A stretch of 64,000 nucleotides of DNA from Candidatus Sumerlaeaceae bacterium (lineage in GTDB: Bacteria > Sumerlaeota > Sumerlaeia > Sumerlaeales > Sumerlaeaceae). Shown piece after piece: positions 19,098 to 29,123 of this stretch. The position numbers were made by a program, and so were the translations under genes. Within the stretch, counting starts at the first letter, position 1; each line of letters begins with the position of its first letter. Where the stretch lies: positions 5,822 through 69,821 of the forward strand of contig JBMFRB010000005.1 of NCBI GenBank assembly GCA_049968255.1, in the 5' to 3' direction. The notes beneath the pieces were generated by a model, which was not told the DNA's origin, ran no database searches, and worked only from the letters and a program-made list of their open reading frames with translations.

Positions 19098-21059
19098 GTG
19101 ATGATGAAACGTGATTTCTGGCGTTGGCTCTTAGTGGGAGCAGGGGTGCTCGTGCTTTATATCGCTCTGGCTGCCCTCCGGCAGCAGGTATCACGCAAAC
19201 GGGTCCACGACGAACAAGCTAACCGTCCGCCTACTGAGGAGGAACAGTACGACGAAGATTATGCGCGCCGGCGCACGCGTACGATCGTCGCTACGGAGTT
19301 CTCGCGGGGTGAAACTCCGCCGCCGAGCCTGCCCAAGACCAAAATTGTTCGCCTGGATGCCCCAGAGCGGGGCGAGAGTTTTGAAGCAGAAAAATTGCGC
19401 ACATTCGGCGAGAGCGCGATCTATGGGACAGTGCGCGGACCAAACCGCCATCCTCTGGCCGGTGTCAAAGTCGAGCTCTACGATTTGGACCCGATGACGA
19501 AATACCCCCCATTGCGCGAAGCGGTGACTGACACATCGGGCACTTACAAACTCGATCAAATCAATGCTAGCGAGCGATCTTACATTCTGATTGCCCGAGC
19601 GGAAGGCTACGCGCCCTTTGCGAAACATGTGGCCCTGCGCGCAGAGCCCCTCGAGCAAAACCTCACTCTGAGCGAGGGTGTGGAATGCGCGGGGGTCGTT
19701 GTGGATGCCCTCACCTCGCTGCCAATTGCGCGTGCTGCCGTTTATTATCCGATGCCTGGGGCATTTGTTTTTCGTCCCTTGGGAACTGTTGAGACGTCTG
19801 CAATGGGAGAGTTCCGCTTTCCTCATGTCGCACGTGGATCCGTGAAAATCCTTGTCGAGTGCGCTGGCTATGTATCGGCCATAGTTCGTGTCGACACTCC
19901 GAGCAGCGACACTGTCATTGCCCTGCGTGCTGGGGGCGCGATTATTCGGGGAGAAACAATCTCACGCCTGTCCCAGAAACCGCAAGGACGCGCGAAAGTG
20001 GCGGCAATTATGGACGGGCTGGAGTTTGTGACGACGACATTTTCCGATGAACAGGGACGTTTCGAGTTTGAGAATCTGCCGGCTGGAAACTTTACGCTGT
20101 TCGGTTACCTGGACATGTTAGGCCCTCCCGAGCGCGTGAAACTCGGCGAGCGCGAAGTGCGGGAAAACGTGCGGGTGATCGTGCCAGCCCCGCTGTTCGT
20201 CAGCGGGCGTGTGGTCCACGCGTTCAACGGAAATGCCCTGCCAGGCGTGCGAGTGTACTATCCGGCAGGCCTAGGGCGCGGAGTCGTCACTTCTGACGAG
20301 AACGGCCTCTTCGCGTTCGCAACCTATGCAGTAGATAGCTATTGGATAGAGGTCCATGAGAAAGGTTTTCTCCCCCTCCTGGAGAGACGTACCACCGGTT
20401 CGGTCGAACGAATCGAACGCAAAATCAGGCGCAGCGACGCGTCAGACCAACTTGTACTCCGCCTTCGGCCGGTTCCGTGCATTGAGGGAGTGGTAAAGTA
20501 TACCGATCGCAATGGAAAAGCAGCCGGACCAGCCGCTTCTCTCGACGTTCAAGTGGGCTACCGGCAGCGCGACATTCTGGAGCTAATTCGGACTCGCACC
20601 AATGCATTGGGAGAATTTTTCGTGAATTTGCCGAGTGGGCGCAAGGGAACAGCAAAAATTGTTGTCCCGTATCGCAACACACTAGGATTTGCAAGTTTAC
20701 GTATCCCTACGCGCCGACCTGTCGAAATTAAACTCGAACGCCAGCGCATGAACGGACGACTTTTTCTCTCCGACGCCACACCCTTAGCAGGCGTGGAGGT
20801 GTCCTCACAGTATCGCTTGCCGGACGGTTCGAAAGTTGGCGAGGCTCTTGCGCTGCGTGCCGCATCCGCATTTGTGCGCCCAAATGGCTCATTCTCTCTT
20901 GCGGTCGCGCCGAAGCAAAAAGTGGAGCTCGTGTTCACGTTGCCCGATGGCAGTTTTATCGTCAAGGCATTCGACACTGCTGATCTACTGGGCCATAGCT
21001 ACACGTTTGTTTACGACCCCCTGAGCAAAGATATCATCTACGACTCGCGAGGGAAATAA
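19098..21059 (+). CDS. Membrane-anchored protein with carboxypeptidase-regulatory-like (transthyretin-fold) repeats
   Basis: N-terminal TM helix. Repeated GxVxD...PxxGxxV...TDxxGxF units (VTDTSGTY, SDEQGRFEF, TSDENGLF, TNALGEF). Confidence 0.75.
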   Translation: MMMKRDFWRWLLVGAGVLVLYIALAALRQQVSRKRVHDEQANRPPTEEEQYDEDYARRRTRTIVATEFSRGETPPPSLPKTKIVRLDAPERGESFEAEKLRTFGESAIYGTVRGPNRHPLAGVKVELYDLDPMTKYPPLREAVTDTSGTYKLDQINASERSYILIARAEGYAPFAKHVALRAEPLEQNLTLSEGVECAGVVVDALTSLPIARAAVYYPMPGAFVFRPLGTVETSAMGEFRFPHVARGSVKILVECAGYVSAIVRVDTPSSDTVIALRAGGAIIRGETISRLSQKPQGRAKVAAIMDGLEFVTTTFSDEQGRFEFENLPAGNFTLFGYLDMLGPPERVKLGEREVRENVRVIVPAPLFVSGRVVHAFNGNALPGVRVYYPAGLGRGVVTSDENGLFAFATYAVDSYWIEVHEKGFLPLLERRTTGSVERIERKIRRSDASDQLVLRLRPVPCIEGVVKYTDRNGKAAGPAASLDVQVGYRQRDILELIRTRTNALGEFFVNLPSGRKGTAKIVVPYRNTLGFASLRIPTRRPVEIKLERQRMNGRLFLSDATPLAGVEVSSQYRLPDGSKVGEALALRAASAFVRPNGSFSLAVAPKQKVELVFTLPDGSFIVKAFDTADLLGHSYTFVYDPLSKDIIYDSRGK

Positions 21060-21198
21060 GCGGGCAGGGATAACCGTCTTCAGATTAGGATGTTGATGAA
21101 AATCAAGCCGTGCACGAGAGAAGGTACGAAAAGAAGAGATAGCACCAATTCAGTTCTGTATAGTCCGCGCGAAACTGACACCATCTTGGAGGACAAAC

Positions 21199-22050
21199 AT
21201 GATAATCAATGTTGCACGGCAAACCCGCCCAAACGTTTCTGCGACTCTCACCCAGCCAACTCAGAACTCCCTAGGTTCTCCCTTACCGATTTGCTCTTTC
21301 TCCCCGGCATTTGCCTGGAGGCGGCGGAATCGTTATCAGCGCCGTCACGCATTCACGTTGATCGAGTTGCTCATAGTGGTTGCCATCATAGCTATTTTGG
21401 CGGCTATCGCTCTGCCGAATTTCCTCGAAGCTCAAACCAGGTCTAAAGTTGCACGCGTGAAGAGTGACCTACGGGCTCTAGCTACAGCCATAGAGGCCTA
21501 CAGGGTTGATCACAATGAATATCCTGAGGGAACGGATAACCCCGCCAATTTCGATCCGCAGATTGTCGCTTACTTAGGGCCTCTGGCTGCGGGATATTAT
21601 ACGTTCCGCACCCAGGGTCCGGGTGGTCTAACAGTCGGGCGCGATTTTGCAAACATCACTACCCCTATTGCTTACATCGCGTCGATGCTCTACGAAGTGT
21701 TTTTTAAGGGTGGCCGCTCCCTCACGTATTGTTATCGCAATGCAAAGGTAACCAAGAATTTCTGGATTCTCACCAGCTGCGGCCCGGACTCGGATCTGCT
21801 TGCTCCTAACGGAAAAGGGAATTCGAACACCGCGAACCCGTTGAGCACTGCAGCCAGCGTGACGATCCCCGCCAGGCTCGCGGATATTGACGAGCGAATG
21901 GTGATTCGTTTTATCGAAGGCGATCTCGTACCGCCAGCCACGTCTGCAGATGTCCCGCGCTTCCGCGAATTCCTGACGGACTTGACCTACGATCCTACGA
22001 ACGGCACAATCTCGGATGGAGATATCTGGCGGGTTATGGGACAGAATTGA
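21199..22050 (+). CDS. Type IV pilin / PulG-like protein with N-methylation motif
   Basis: RRHA|FTLIELLIVVAIIAILAAIALPNFLEAQ. GGAGG RBS before ATG 21199. C-terminal YDPTNGTISDGDIWR. Confidence 0.88.
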   Translation: MIINVARQTRPNVSATLTQPTQNSLGSPLPICSFSPAFAWRRRNRYQRRHAFTLIELLIVVAIIAILAAIALPNFLEAQTRSKVARVKSDLRALATAIEAYRVDHNEYPEGTDNPANFDPQIVAYLGPLAAGYYTFRTQGPGGLTVGRDFANITTPIAYIASMLYEVFFKGGRSLTYCYRNAKVTKNFWILTSCGPDSDLLAPNGKGNSNTANPLSTAASVTIPARLADIDERMVIRFIEGDLVPPATSADVPRFREFLTDLTYDPTNGTISDGDIWRVMGQN

Positions 22051-22119
22051 GGCCTCAGCGACTCTTTTAAAGCTTTTTGGTCTGCCCCCATGTGCGGAGC
22101 AGATAATTTTTTTCGTGAT

Positions 22120-22389
22120 TCAATACACGACGGTGAAGTTTGGGTAGTTTTTCTCGACGTCGAAATAGCGTGCGCGCACATCGCTGACGTGGGCGAGAGC
22201 TGGTCCCTTCCACAGTAGTTTCTCGAACTCCAACAACGTTTGTTCGTCGCCCTCAGCTTCGAGCTCAACTCCCCCATCGCGCATGTTTCGTACCCACCCT
22301 CTCACACCCAAACGTTGCGCCTCTTCAACGACCCAATAACGAAAGCCGACTCCTTGAACACGTCCTCTGATCTCTGCGTGAAGAATCAT
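22120..22389 (-). CDS. acyP: Acylphosphatase
   Basis: GRVQGVGFR, GWVRN..DG.VE, GP...V. Confidence 0.95.
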   Translation of the reverse strand: MILHAEIRGRVQGVGFRYWVVEEAQRLGVRGWVRNMRDGGVELEAEGDEQTLLEFEKLLWKGPALAHVSDVRARYFDVEKNYPNFTVVY

Positions 22390-22510
22390 GTGCCAATTTG
22401 GCCACACACTGCAACTTCAGATCAAGCGTGACTTCACTTTTTGTTAAACAGGGGCGTGGCGTAATTTTTGCATAATCCTTTTGGTGTAATTAGCGGTTGG
22501 GAAAGAGAAT

Positions 22511-24028
22511 ATGGTGACAACAATGGACACTTGGTTAGGTCCCCGTCATTGGGGTTTTGCCGTGTGGTGGCGTAAAGTGACAGCTCCCTTGGCGGCCAGC
22601 GCGCTCCTCATCTTTTTGTTCAGCGGAACACGTCCGCTCATGGACACAAGCGAGGCCCGCTATGCGGAGACTGCGCGCGAGATGGCATTTGAAGGGCATT
22701 GGCTTATTCCACATCTCGGCGGCCATCCACATCTGACGAAGCCACCGTTGACGTACTGGCTGGTGGGAGCAAGTTGCCGCCTGTTCGGACAAAGCGAGTG
22801 GGCAGCGCGCCTGCCGATTGGTCTGGCCGCAGTTGCGACAACCTTGCTCACGGCATTAGTGGCTCGCTCAATGTTCGGGGGGAAAGCCGGAATTTTGGCT
22901 GCATGGTTGCAAGGTCTGGCGCTTGTGCCGCTTGCAGCGGCCAACGTCGTCACGACGGATACGCTGCTGACCATGTTCGAGCTCGGCTTCATGTGGTGTG
23001 GCTGGCAGTTACTCCTGGCGCACAAACAAGAGCGATCGCTCACGGCGTGGCAGATCGGCTTCTGGGCCTTCCTGGGAGGAGCGTTCATGACGAAGGGACC
23101 AGCAGGGATGGTTCCACTGGTGGCGCTGGGACTCTTCGCGATTGCTGCGTGGCGCGAGGTTCGCTTTCGTCCGCTTTGCAGCCTGTGGGGAATGCTGCTT
23201 TTTTTGGCGGTTGTGTTACCCTGGCCACTGGCAGTCTTGTATCGTGTGCCGAATGCAGTGAGCGTCTGGCGTGAGGAAGTCATCACGAATGTTTTCGAAG
23301 ACATTAACCACGATTTCCCGCGATGGGCATTCCCGCTACTGCTTGTGTTCGGTTCATTTCCCGCGGTGCTTGGTTTATTGTTTGTGACGTTTGTGCCGCG
23401 CAAAGAAGCTCTTGTGGCCCAAGTGCGTTTGGCTCAACTTTATCTTTTCTTTTGGGTGATCGTTTCGCTTGTGATTCTCGTCGCCCAAAAGACCCGGTTG
23501 CCACTCTATGTCCTTCCGCTTTATCCACCGCTGAGCGTATTGGGAGCACATGGCTTCCAACTGTGGCGCTCACGGCATCGTCCAAGCTGGGAGCGAGCTG
23601 CGCGGTGGGCGCCGGTTCTTGTGGCGGCATACGCAGCTTTGTTCCTCAGCGGAAAATGGTACTACAGCACCACCACTGACCGCCGCGATGCGCATCGAAG
23701 CTTTAAAGGGGTCGCAGAGCTGATTCGCAAACATCTTGGCGCCGCCGATGCAAAGCCTATCGTCTACACTGCCGAGGGACGCCTCGGTTATGGCCTCATG
23801 TACTATTTGCAATCGTCTGATCTCGTGCGCGTCGGAAAAAAAACACCTACCGGCGAGACATTATGGCCACGCACGTTTGGGGATGTGCTTGAATCAACAG
23901 CACCGCAGACACGACCCGAGTTTTTGCTTGTCGAGAGAAAGAAAGAATCGCGTTACGTAGACATGTTTTTTAAGAATGCAGACCGCGTCGGCACGACGCC
24001 GGCTTACGCAGTGTGGAAGAAACGCTAG
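22511..24028 (+). CDS. ArnT/PMT-family (GT83/GT39) membrane glycosyltransferase
   Basis: EARYAETAREM, KPPLTYW, EWAARLP, MTKGP, YVLPLYP. Confidence 0.88.
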   Translation: MVTTMDTWLGPRHWGFAVWWRKVTAPLAASALLIFLFSGTRPLMDTSEARYAETAREMAFEGHWLIPHLGGHPHLTKPPLTYWLVGASCRLFGQSEWAARLPIGLAAVATTLLTALVARSMFGGKAGILAAWLQGLALVPLAAANVVTTDTLLTMFELGFMWCGWQLLLAHKQERSLTAWQIGFWAFLGGAFMTKGPAGMVPLVALGLFAIAAWREVRFRPLCSLWGMLLFLAVVLPWPLAVLYRVPNAVSVWREEVITNVFEDINHDFPRWAFPLLLVFGSFPAVLGLLFVTFVPRKEALVAQVRLAQLYLFFWVIVSLVILVAQKTRLPLYVLPLYPPLSVLGAHGFQLWRSRHRPSWERAARWAPVLVAAYAALFLSGKWYYSTTTDRRDAHRSFKGVAELIRKHLGAADAKPIVYTAEGRLGYGLMYYLQSSDLVRVGKKTPTGETLWPRTFGDVLESTAPQTRPEFLLVERKKESRYVDMFFKNADRVGTTPAYAVWKKR

Positions 24029-24204
24029 GGACCTGCGCCAAACGCGAGTCGCCTTAGAGACAAGGAGAGCGACTAGCACGCAAGAATTATGTGGGAAACA
24101 GAGGAGCAGAAGCCAGGTCGCCACGTGCAGCGATTTTTCGCGCTTGCGCTCGGGACGCTAGACGTCGAGACGATTGCCGACCAGTGCGAAAGAAGGACGG
24201 GGAA

Positions 24205-25377
24205 ATGCGCGCAGTTCGAGAAAAGATTCCAGCAACGCTCGTTCTTGAGGACGGAACGACCCTTAGGGGTTGGAGCTTTGGTGCTCGCGGCGAAACAACG
24301 GCCGAGATTATTTTTCACACAGGGATGACCGGTTATCAGGAAGTGATCACCGATCCTTCGTACCGAGGACAGATGGTGATCATGACTTACCCGCTGATTG
24401 GCAATTATGGCGTCACCTCGCTCGACAGCGAATCGACGCGTCCCCAGGTGAGCGCCTTCATCGTCCGCGAGCTTTCGACCCTAGCGTCGAACTGGCGCGC
24501 TGAGCAAACGCTCCATGACTATCTCACCAGCCATGGGGTCATGGGAATCGAGGGCGTTGACACGCGTGGCTTGGTGCTGCACGTGCGCACGGCAGGGGCT
24601 ATGCGTGCGGCACTCTCCACCGAGCGTCACGATCCGCGGCAATTGCGCGAACTTGCGCTGCAAGAGCCGCCGATGGACGGTCGCGATCTCGTCAAAGATG
24701 TGACGACGGAGTACCCTTATGAATACCATCCGAAACCAGCGAAAGCAGAGCTGCTGCGAAAACTTGGCGGCGACGAGCCACGGCCTGTGTGGCCGCAGAC
24801 ACTAGAGGAGCGCTTTCACGTGGTGGCCTACGATTTCGGCGTAAAGCGCAACATCCTCGATTTGCTTTATGCCCAGGGCTGCCGCATTAGCGTCGTGCCG
24901 GCACGAACCAAGGCGGACCAGGTTTTGGCCATGCAGCCCGACGGCGTCTTCCTCTCAAATGGCCCAGGCGATCCAGCTGCGCTTGGCGACATTATCGAGC
25001 AGATCCGTCAACTTATTGGCAAAGTGCCGATCTTCGGCATTTGCCTCGGCCATCAATTGCTCGGCTTGGCGCTCGGCGGCCGGACTTATAAGCTCAAGTT
25101 TGGCCACCACGGCGCGAATCATCCGGTGAAAGACCTCAGTACGAACCGTGTCGAGATTACCTCGCAAAACCATGGTTTTTGCGTAGATATGAACTCGCTG
25201 CCCCCACAGTGCACTGTGACGCACATCAATTTGAATGACGCGACGGTGGAAGGGTTCCAGAACGAGGCACTACGCCTTTTCTGTGTGCAGCATCATCCGG
25301 AGGCAGCCCCAGGTCCGCACGATGCTATGTACATGTTCAGCCGATTCCGCGAGTGGATGAAAGCGCATAGGCACTAG
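24205..25377 (+). CDS. carA: Carbamoyl-phosphate synthase small subunit
   Basis: [50 protein letters not shown]. Confidence 0.97.
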   Translation: MRAVREKIPATLVLEDGTTLRGWSFGARGETTAEIIFHTGMTGYQEVITDPSYRGQMVIMTYPLIGNYGVTSLDSESTRPQVSAFIVRELSTLASNWRAEQTLHDYLTSHGVMGIEGVDTRGLVLHVRTAGAMRAALSTERHDPRQLRELALQEPPMDGRDLVKDVTTEYPYEYHPKPAKAELLRKLGGDEPRPVWPQTLEERFHVVAYDFGVKRNILDLLYAQGCRISVVPARTKADQVLAMQPDGVFLSNGPGDPAALGDIIEQIRQLIGKVPIFGICLGHQLLGLALGGRTYKLKFGHHGANHPVKDLSTNRVEITSQNHGFCVDMNSLPPQCTVTHINLNDATVEGFQNEALRLFCVQHHPEAAPGPHDAMYMFSRFREWMKAHRH

Positions 25378-25422
25378 CCCCTGGCTTTGAGCCTCCTGTT
25401 TCGGTGAGGCCGGGACTGACTG

Positions 25423-25464
25423 AAAAAAAAACGGTGGAAACACGCGCAGCTCGTGTTTCCACCG
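25423..25464 (-). terminator. Rho-independent terminator of the pilin-like gene
   Basis: Perfect 13-bp stem CGGTGGAAACACG/CGTGTTTCCACCG followed by T9 on the minus strand. Confidence 0.85.
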
Positions 25465-25496
25465 GGATATTGTGATGAGAAGAATGAATAAGTCCG

Positions 25497-26210
25497 TTAG
25501 TTGGCTGACGTGGCCAGAGGGCCTTTTCCGGGTGCGAGGCGGTCCCAGTTGCCTGAAAGCCACTGCCCCCCAAAGCGATAGATATCGCCAGCGCTCACCG
25601 TTCCATTCGTGGGGTCGTAATCCACATAAGGACCCTGTTCTGTTGGGTCGGCACTTTTCCATGGGAAGCACTTGTAGCCCATACGCTGACGCTTGCCAGT
25701 GGGTCCTGGGCTCAAAACGACGTACGCCATCACGCGGCCATGAGCCTGCATGGCTGCAAAGGCACCTTGCGAGTCAGCTGGAGCCTCGGATTGCGGGCTA
25801 CCAGGTGTGCTGCCATAGGACCACGTTCCCGATCCAATGCGGTAGCCTACAGCTGCGCCGTAGGAAGCTGTCTGCTGCTGGCCGCGGGAAAACGGATCTT
25901 CGAGTAAGCTGCTCATGTAAGCAATGGGGGTGGTGAGTTGGACCGCACCGTTGGCCTTCCAGCTAAAGTCGTAACTCGACATTGCGGGCTCACGGTCGAG
26001 GTCTGAATCGCTGTCGCGTGGCAGAGTGTTCCAGTCCACCACGTAGGCCTCGATTGCGGTGGCCTGTGCGCGTAGGTCGTTTTTCACTCGTGCCACCTTT
26101 GAGCGCACCTGCGCCTCGAGGAAGTTTGGAACCGCGATTGCTGCGAGGATCGCGATAATCGCGACCACGATAAGCAACTCAATGAGGGTAAAGCCTCTCG
26201 GATTCATCAC
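25497..26210 (-). CDS. Type IV pilin / PulG-like protein, paralog of 21199..22050
   Basis: MNPRG|FTLIELLIVVAIIAILAAIAVPNFLEAQ. AGGAGG RBS. Tail YDPTNGTVSAGDIYR. Confidence 0.9.
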   Translation of the reverse strand: MMNPRGFTLIELLIVVAIIAILAAIAVPNFLEAQVRSKVARVKNDLRAQATAIEAYVVDWNTLPRDSDSDLDREPAMSSYDFSWKANGAVQLTTPIAYMSSLLEDPFSRGQQQTASYGAAVGYRIGSGTWSYGSTPGSPQSEAPADSQGAFAAMQAHGRVMAYVVLSPGPTGKRQRMGYKCFPWKSADPTEQGPYVDYDPTNGTVSAGDIYRFGGQWLSGNWDRLAPGKGPLATSAN

Positions 26211-26423
26211 AACCTCCTAAAGTGAATTTTCCCGCACTCACGGGATGCTTCGAAATTAGAGCAGACGCATAAAAGGATCACGTGACAAAACATCGGTTTT
26301 TGTGTGAGCGGATGGGGATAGCTCTGCGACAGGCTAGTGACAAAGAAGCATTCGAGGAGCGATTTACCTTGCGAAAACCAGGACTGCTGGTAGCAATAGC
26401 CGCATACGGAGGAACTCGTCGAC

Positions 26424-27035
26424 ATGAAGGCGGTCCATAGTGTTCTGCTAGCCGGCGGGATATCCAATCGCATGGGGTTCCCAAAAGCACTGCTTCCGTT
26501 TGGCAGTTCTTTTTTCCTTCGCCGCATTTATGATGCGCTTGTGGCCGCAGAAACTGTACCAGTGCACATCGTGATTAACGCTGGATTGCAGGTATCGCTG
26601 AAGCGGCAGATGAAGCAGTTTCCGCAGGGGAATTTTGTGTTGAACAACGAGCCAGCGCGTGGTCAGATCCATTCCCTGCAGCTTGGTTTGCAAGCGGCGC
26701 GCCAGTGTGGGGCAGATGCTGCGATCGTGGCTCTTGTGGATCAACCCGCTATTGCCGTCAGCACAATGACAAAACTGCGCGAGGCTTTCTTCGTGGATCC
26801 CGAAAAACTCTGTGTTGCCTGTTACAAGGGACGTCCTGGCCACCCCATTCTCATCCCCCGCAGTTTCTTCGGCGCGTTCATCGGTGTATCGGAGGGACAA
26901 ACTGCTCGCGATATCATTGCTGCCCACGCCTCCGAAACGAAACACATCGAAACAGACGATGCGCAGGTTGTGGCAGACATAGATTCGCCGGAGGACTTTG
27001 CCCGTTTGCGCGAGATGGAAGACGAGCTCGACTGA
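26424..27035 (+). CDS. MobA/MocA-like nucleotidyltransferase
   Basis: LLAGGISNRMGFPKALL, GQIHSL, LVDQP, GHP, DIDSPED. Confidence 0.85.
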   Translation: MKAVHSVLLAGGISNRMGFPKALLPFGSSFFLRRIYDALVAAETVPVHIVINAGLQVSLKRQMKQFPQGNFVLNNEPARGQIHSLQLGLQAARQCGADAAIVALVDQPAIAVSTMTKLREAFFVDPEKLCVACYKGRPGHPILIPRSFFGAFIGVSEGQTARDIIAAHASETKHIETDDAQVVADIDSPEDFARLREMEDELD

Positions 27036-27267
27036 CGCTTTCTCTCCCCTGTTGAGGAACCGCCCGTCGGCAACTGCAGCACAATGCGAGCTGTGTGGAT
27101 TTAGCGGCGAGGAACGAAGAGGAGCGGCGAAATGAGGTGCTTTGCCTGAGATCAAACGAGCGTTGCGGGGAGATCTCATGAATAATCCGGACTGTGAGAG
27201 TGTGAATGCAAATTGGACAGTATCGGTGCTGAATTTGCTTCAGCCAATTCGTCTTGGAGGTGTGCGT

Positions 27268-27870
27268 ATGAGGTTCTTGGCAGCAAGCCGCCGCTCTGTG
27301 GCTCTCACATGTGTCGTGGTCCTTACTGTTACGGCCACACTTTGCAGCGCCGGGGTCGATGTTGGCGAAAAGGCGCCCGATTTCGCGTTGCCGGATGTTC
27401 ATGGCACCACGCATACGCTGAGTCAATTTCGGGGCAAAATTGTCGTACTCGAATGGACCAATCCGACATGTCCGTTTGTTAAGCGCCATTACAAGGCCGG
27501 CACAATGAAGAAGCTGGCCGAAAAGTACGCCGCCAAAGACGTCGTGTGGCTGGCCATTGACAGCAGTCACTTCGCCACAGCGGATGCGGACAAAGCTTGG
27601 CAGAAGGAACAAAATATCTCTTACCCGGTGCTGCTTGACCCCAGTGGGAGCGTGGGACAAGCGTACGGCGCTAAAACGACGCCTCACATGTTCATTTTGG
27701 ATAAGCAGGGATCCGTGGCTTATACCGGTGCGATTGACGACGATGCGCGTGGGGAAAAGAGCGAACCCCGTAACTATGTGGATGAGGCGCTCGCAGCTCT
27801 TGTGGCAGGCAAACAGCCAGAAGTGACGAGTACGTCGCCCTATGGGTGCTCAGTGAAATACAAGAAGTGA
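27268..27870 (+). CDS. Exported thioredoxin-fold / AhpC-TSA redoxin
   Basis: Signal peptide, APDFALPD, VLEWTNPTCPFVKRHY, YGAKTTPHMF, GCSVKY. Confidence 0.88.
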   Translation: MRFLAASRRSVALTCVVVLTVTATLCSAGVDVGEKAPDFALPDVHGTTHTLSQFRGKIVVLEWTNPTCPFVKRHYKAGTMKKLAEKYAAKDVVWLAIDSSHFATADADKAWQKEQNISYPVLLDPSGSVGQAYGAKTTPHMFILDKQGSVAYTGAIDDDARGEKSEPRNYVDEALAALVAGKQPEVTSTSPYGCSVKYKK

Positions 27871-27924
27871 TCCTCTTCCTGCGCTAGGTTCTCAGAGGAT
27901 CGGCGCCAGCATCACCGTTCATTT

Positions 27925-28848
27925 TTACCAAACGTTCGTGTTGAGCGCCACAGCGTGAGCCCGCACCTCTTCCAGGAGTCGTGGAGCGAGTGGGTCCATA
28001 GCTGCAGCGATACCTTTTTTCAAATGCTCAGTCTTGCGCGTCCCCACGAGGATACTCGAAACCGCAGGCGAGGCGAGGATGTAGCCGATGGCGAGATGAA
28101 TGAGATCCTTAGCGCAGCCATCACCGACAAACTTTTCGAAGGAGGCGATCTTTGCCCGCAGCGATTCGTCGGCAAGGTTGACGTTTTTGGGACTCAATTT
28201 GCCCCCAGCCAAGCCACGCATGATGAGCACGCCCGCGTTGCTGCGCTGGGCAAGCCCAAACACCTGCGACTCTGCGGCAAGGTTTAGCAGATTATAGGGC
28301 ACCTGGACAGTTTCATAGCCGCCTATCTCGAGCGCCCGCGCACACTCGCGCACGCCACCTGTCATTCCGATGTGGCGAACTTTGCCAGCTTCCTTCGCCT
28401 TCTGCAGAGCTGCGAGGGTCTCGCCGCGCTCGAGCACCTCGATGCTAGCGGAGTGGATCTGGATCAGGTCAATGTAATCCGTGGCGAGTCGCTGCAACGA
28501 TTGATCGACAAACTGCAGCGTGGCTTGATAAGAATAATCGTAGCGCGAACCAGAACGATCGCAGTGCTCACCAACTTTGGTGGCAAGGATCACATCCTGA
28601 CGCCGGCCGCGCAGGGCCTTGCCGAGATACTCTTCTGAGTGCCAGTAGGCAGGGGCTGTGTCGATCAAATTGATGCCCAGATCCAGCGCCTCTTGGACGA
28701 ATCTTGTTGCTTCGGCTTCGGACAAATGGTGGGGATTTGGATCAACGTCACCGGCCCAGTCGCGGCCAATTTCCAAGGCACCCAGCCCAATGACGCTAAC
28801 ATCAAGGCCCGTTGCTCCGAGTGGTCGGCGAGGGACAAAAGTGCTCAC
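27925..28848 (-). CDS. Aldo/keto reductase
   Basis: LGATGLDVSVIGLG, IDTAPAY, ATKVG, SLQRLATDYIDLIQIH. Confidence 0.92.
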   Translation of the reverse strand: MSTFVPRRPLGATGLDVSVIGLGALEIGRDWAGDVDPNPHHLSEAEATRFVQEALDLGINLIDTAPAYWHSEEYLGKALRGRRQDVILATKVGEHCDRSGSRYDYSYQATLQFVDQSLQRLATDYIDLIQIHSASIEVLERGETLAALQKAKEAGKVRHIGMTGGVRECARALEIGGYETVQVPYNLLNLAAESQVFGLAQRSNAGVLIMRGLAGGKLSPKNVNLADESLRAKIASFEKFVGDGCAKDLIHLAIGYILASPAVSSILVGTRKTEHLKKGIAAAMDPLAPRLLEEVRAHAVALNTNVW

Positions 28849-29123
28849 GAGACATCCGCTCCTTGTGCGATATGATCTTGTATCTGACTTAGTGCGCTAG
28901 TTGCGCGGTGTGTTCAACCATCAAAAGGTCACTCATGACTGGTGTTTTCCCGCAATCCAAATAAATGAAAAACCTCAGCTGGGTGGCGAGGCGTCGCGAG
29001 CATGACATTTTGCTTGTCACTGCGCTTGGGGATGAGCGCAATAGTGAACTTCAAGCGCTCCGCGGCCGAGAGTTTGTGCTGATCGCGATGCGCCGGAAAA
29101 ACTGGGACATTCGATAGAGTGAG

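Noticed and set aside
16402-25377. argJ and carA as a dispersed arginine operon
   Set aside because: They are separated by unrelated genes and carB is absent. Scattered biosynthetic genes are ordinary.
28965-29117. 50-codon ORF or cobalamin riboswitch upstream of the PduS-like gene
   Set aside because: No RBS or recognisable motif, and no B12-box consensus seen.
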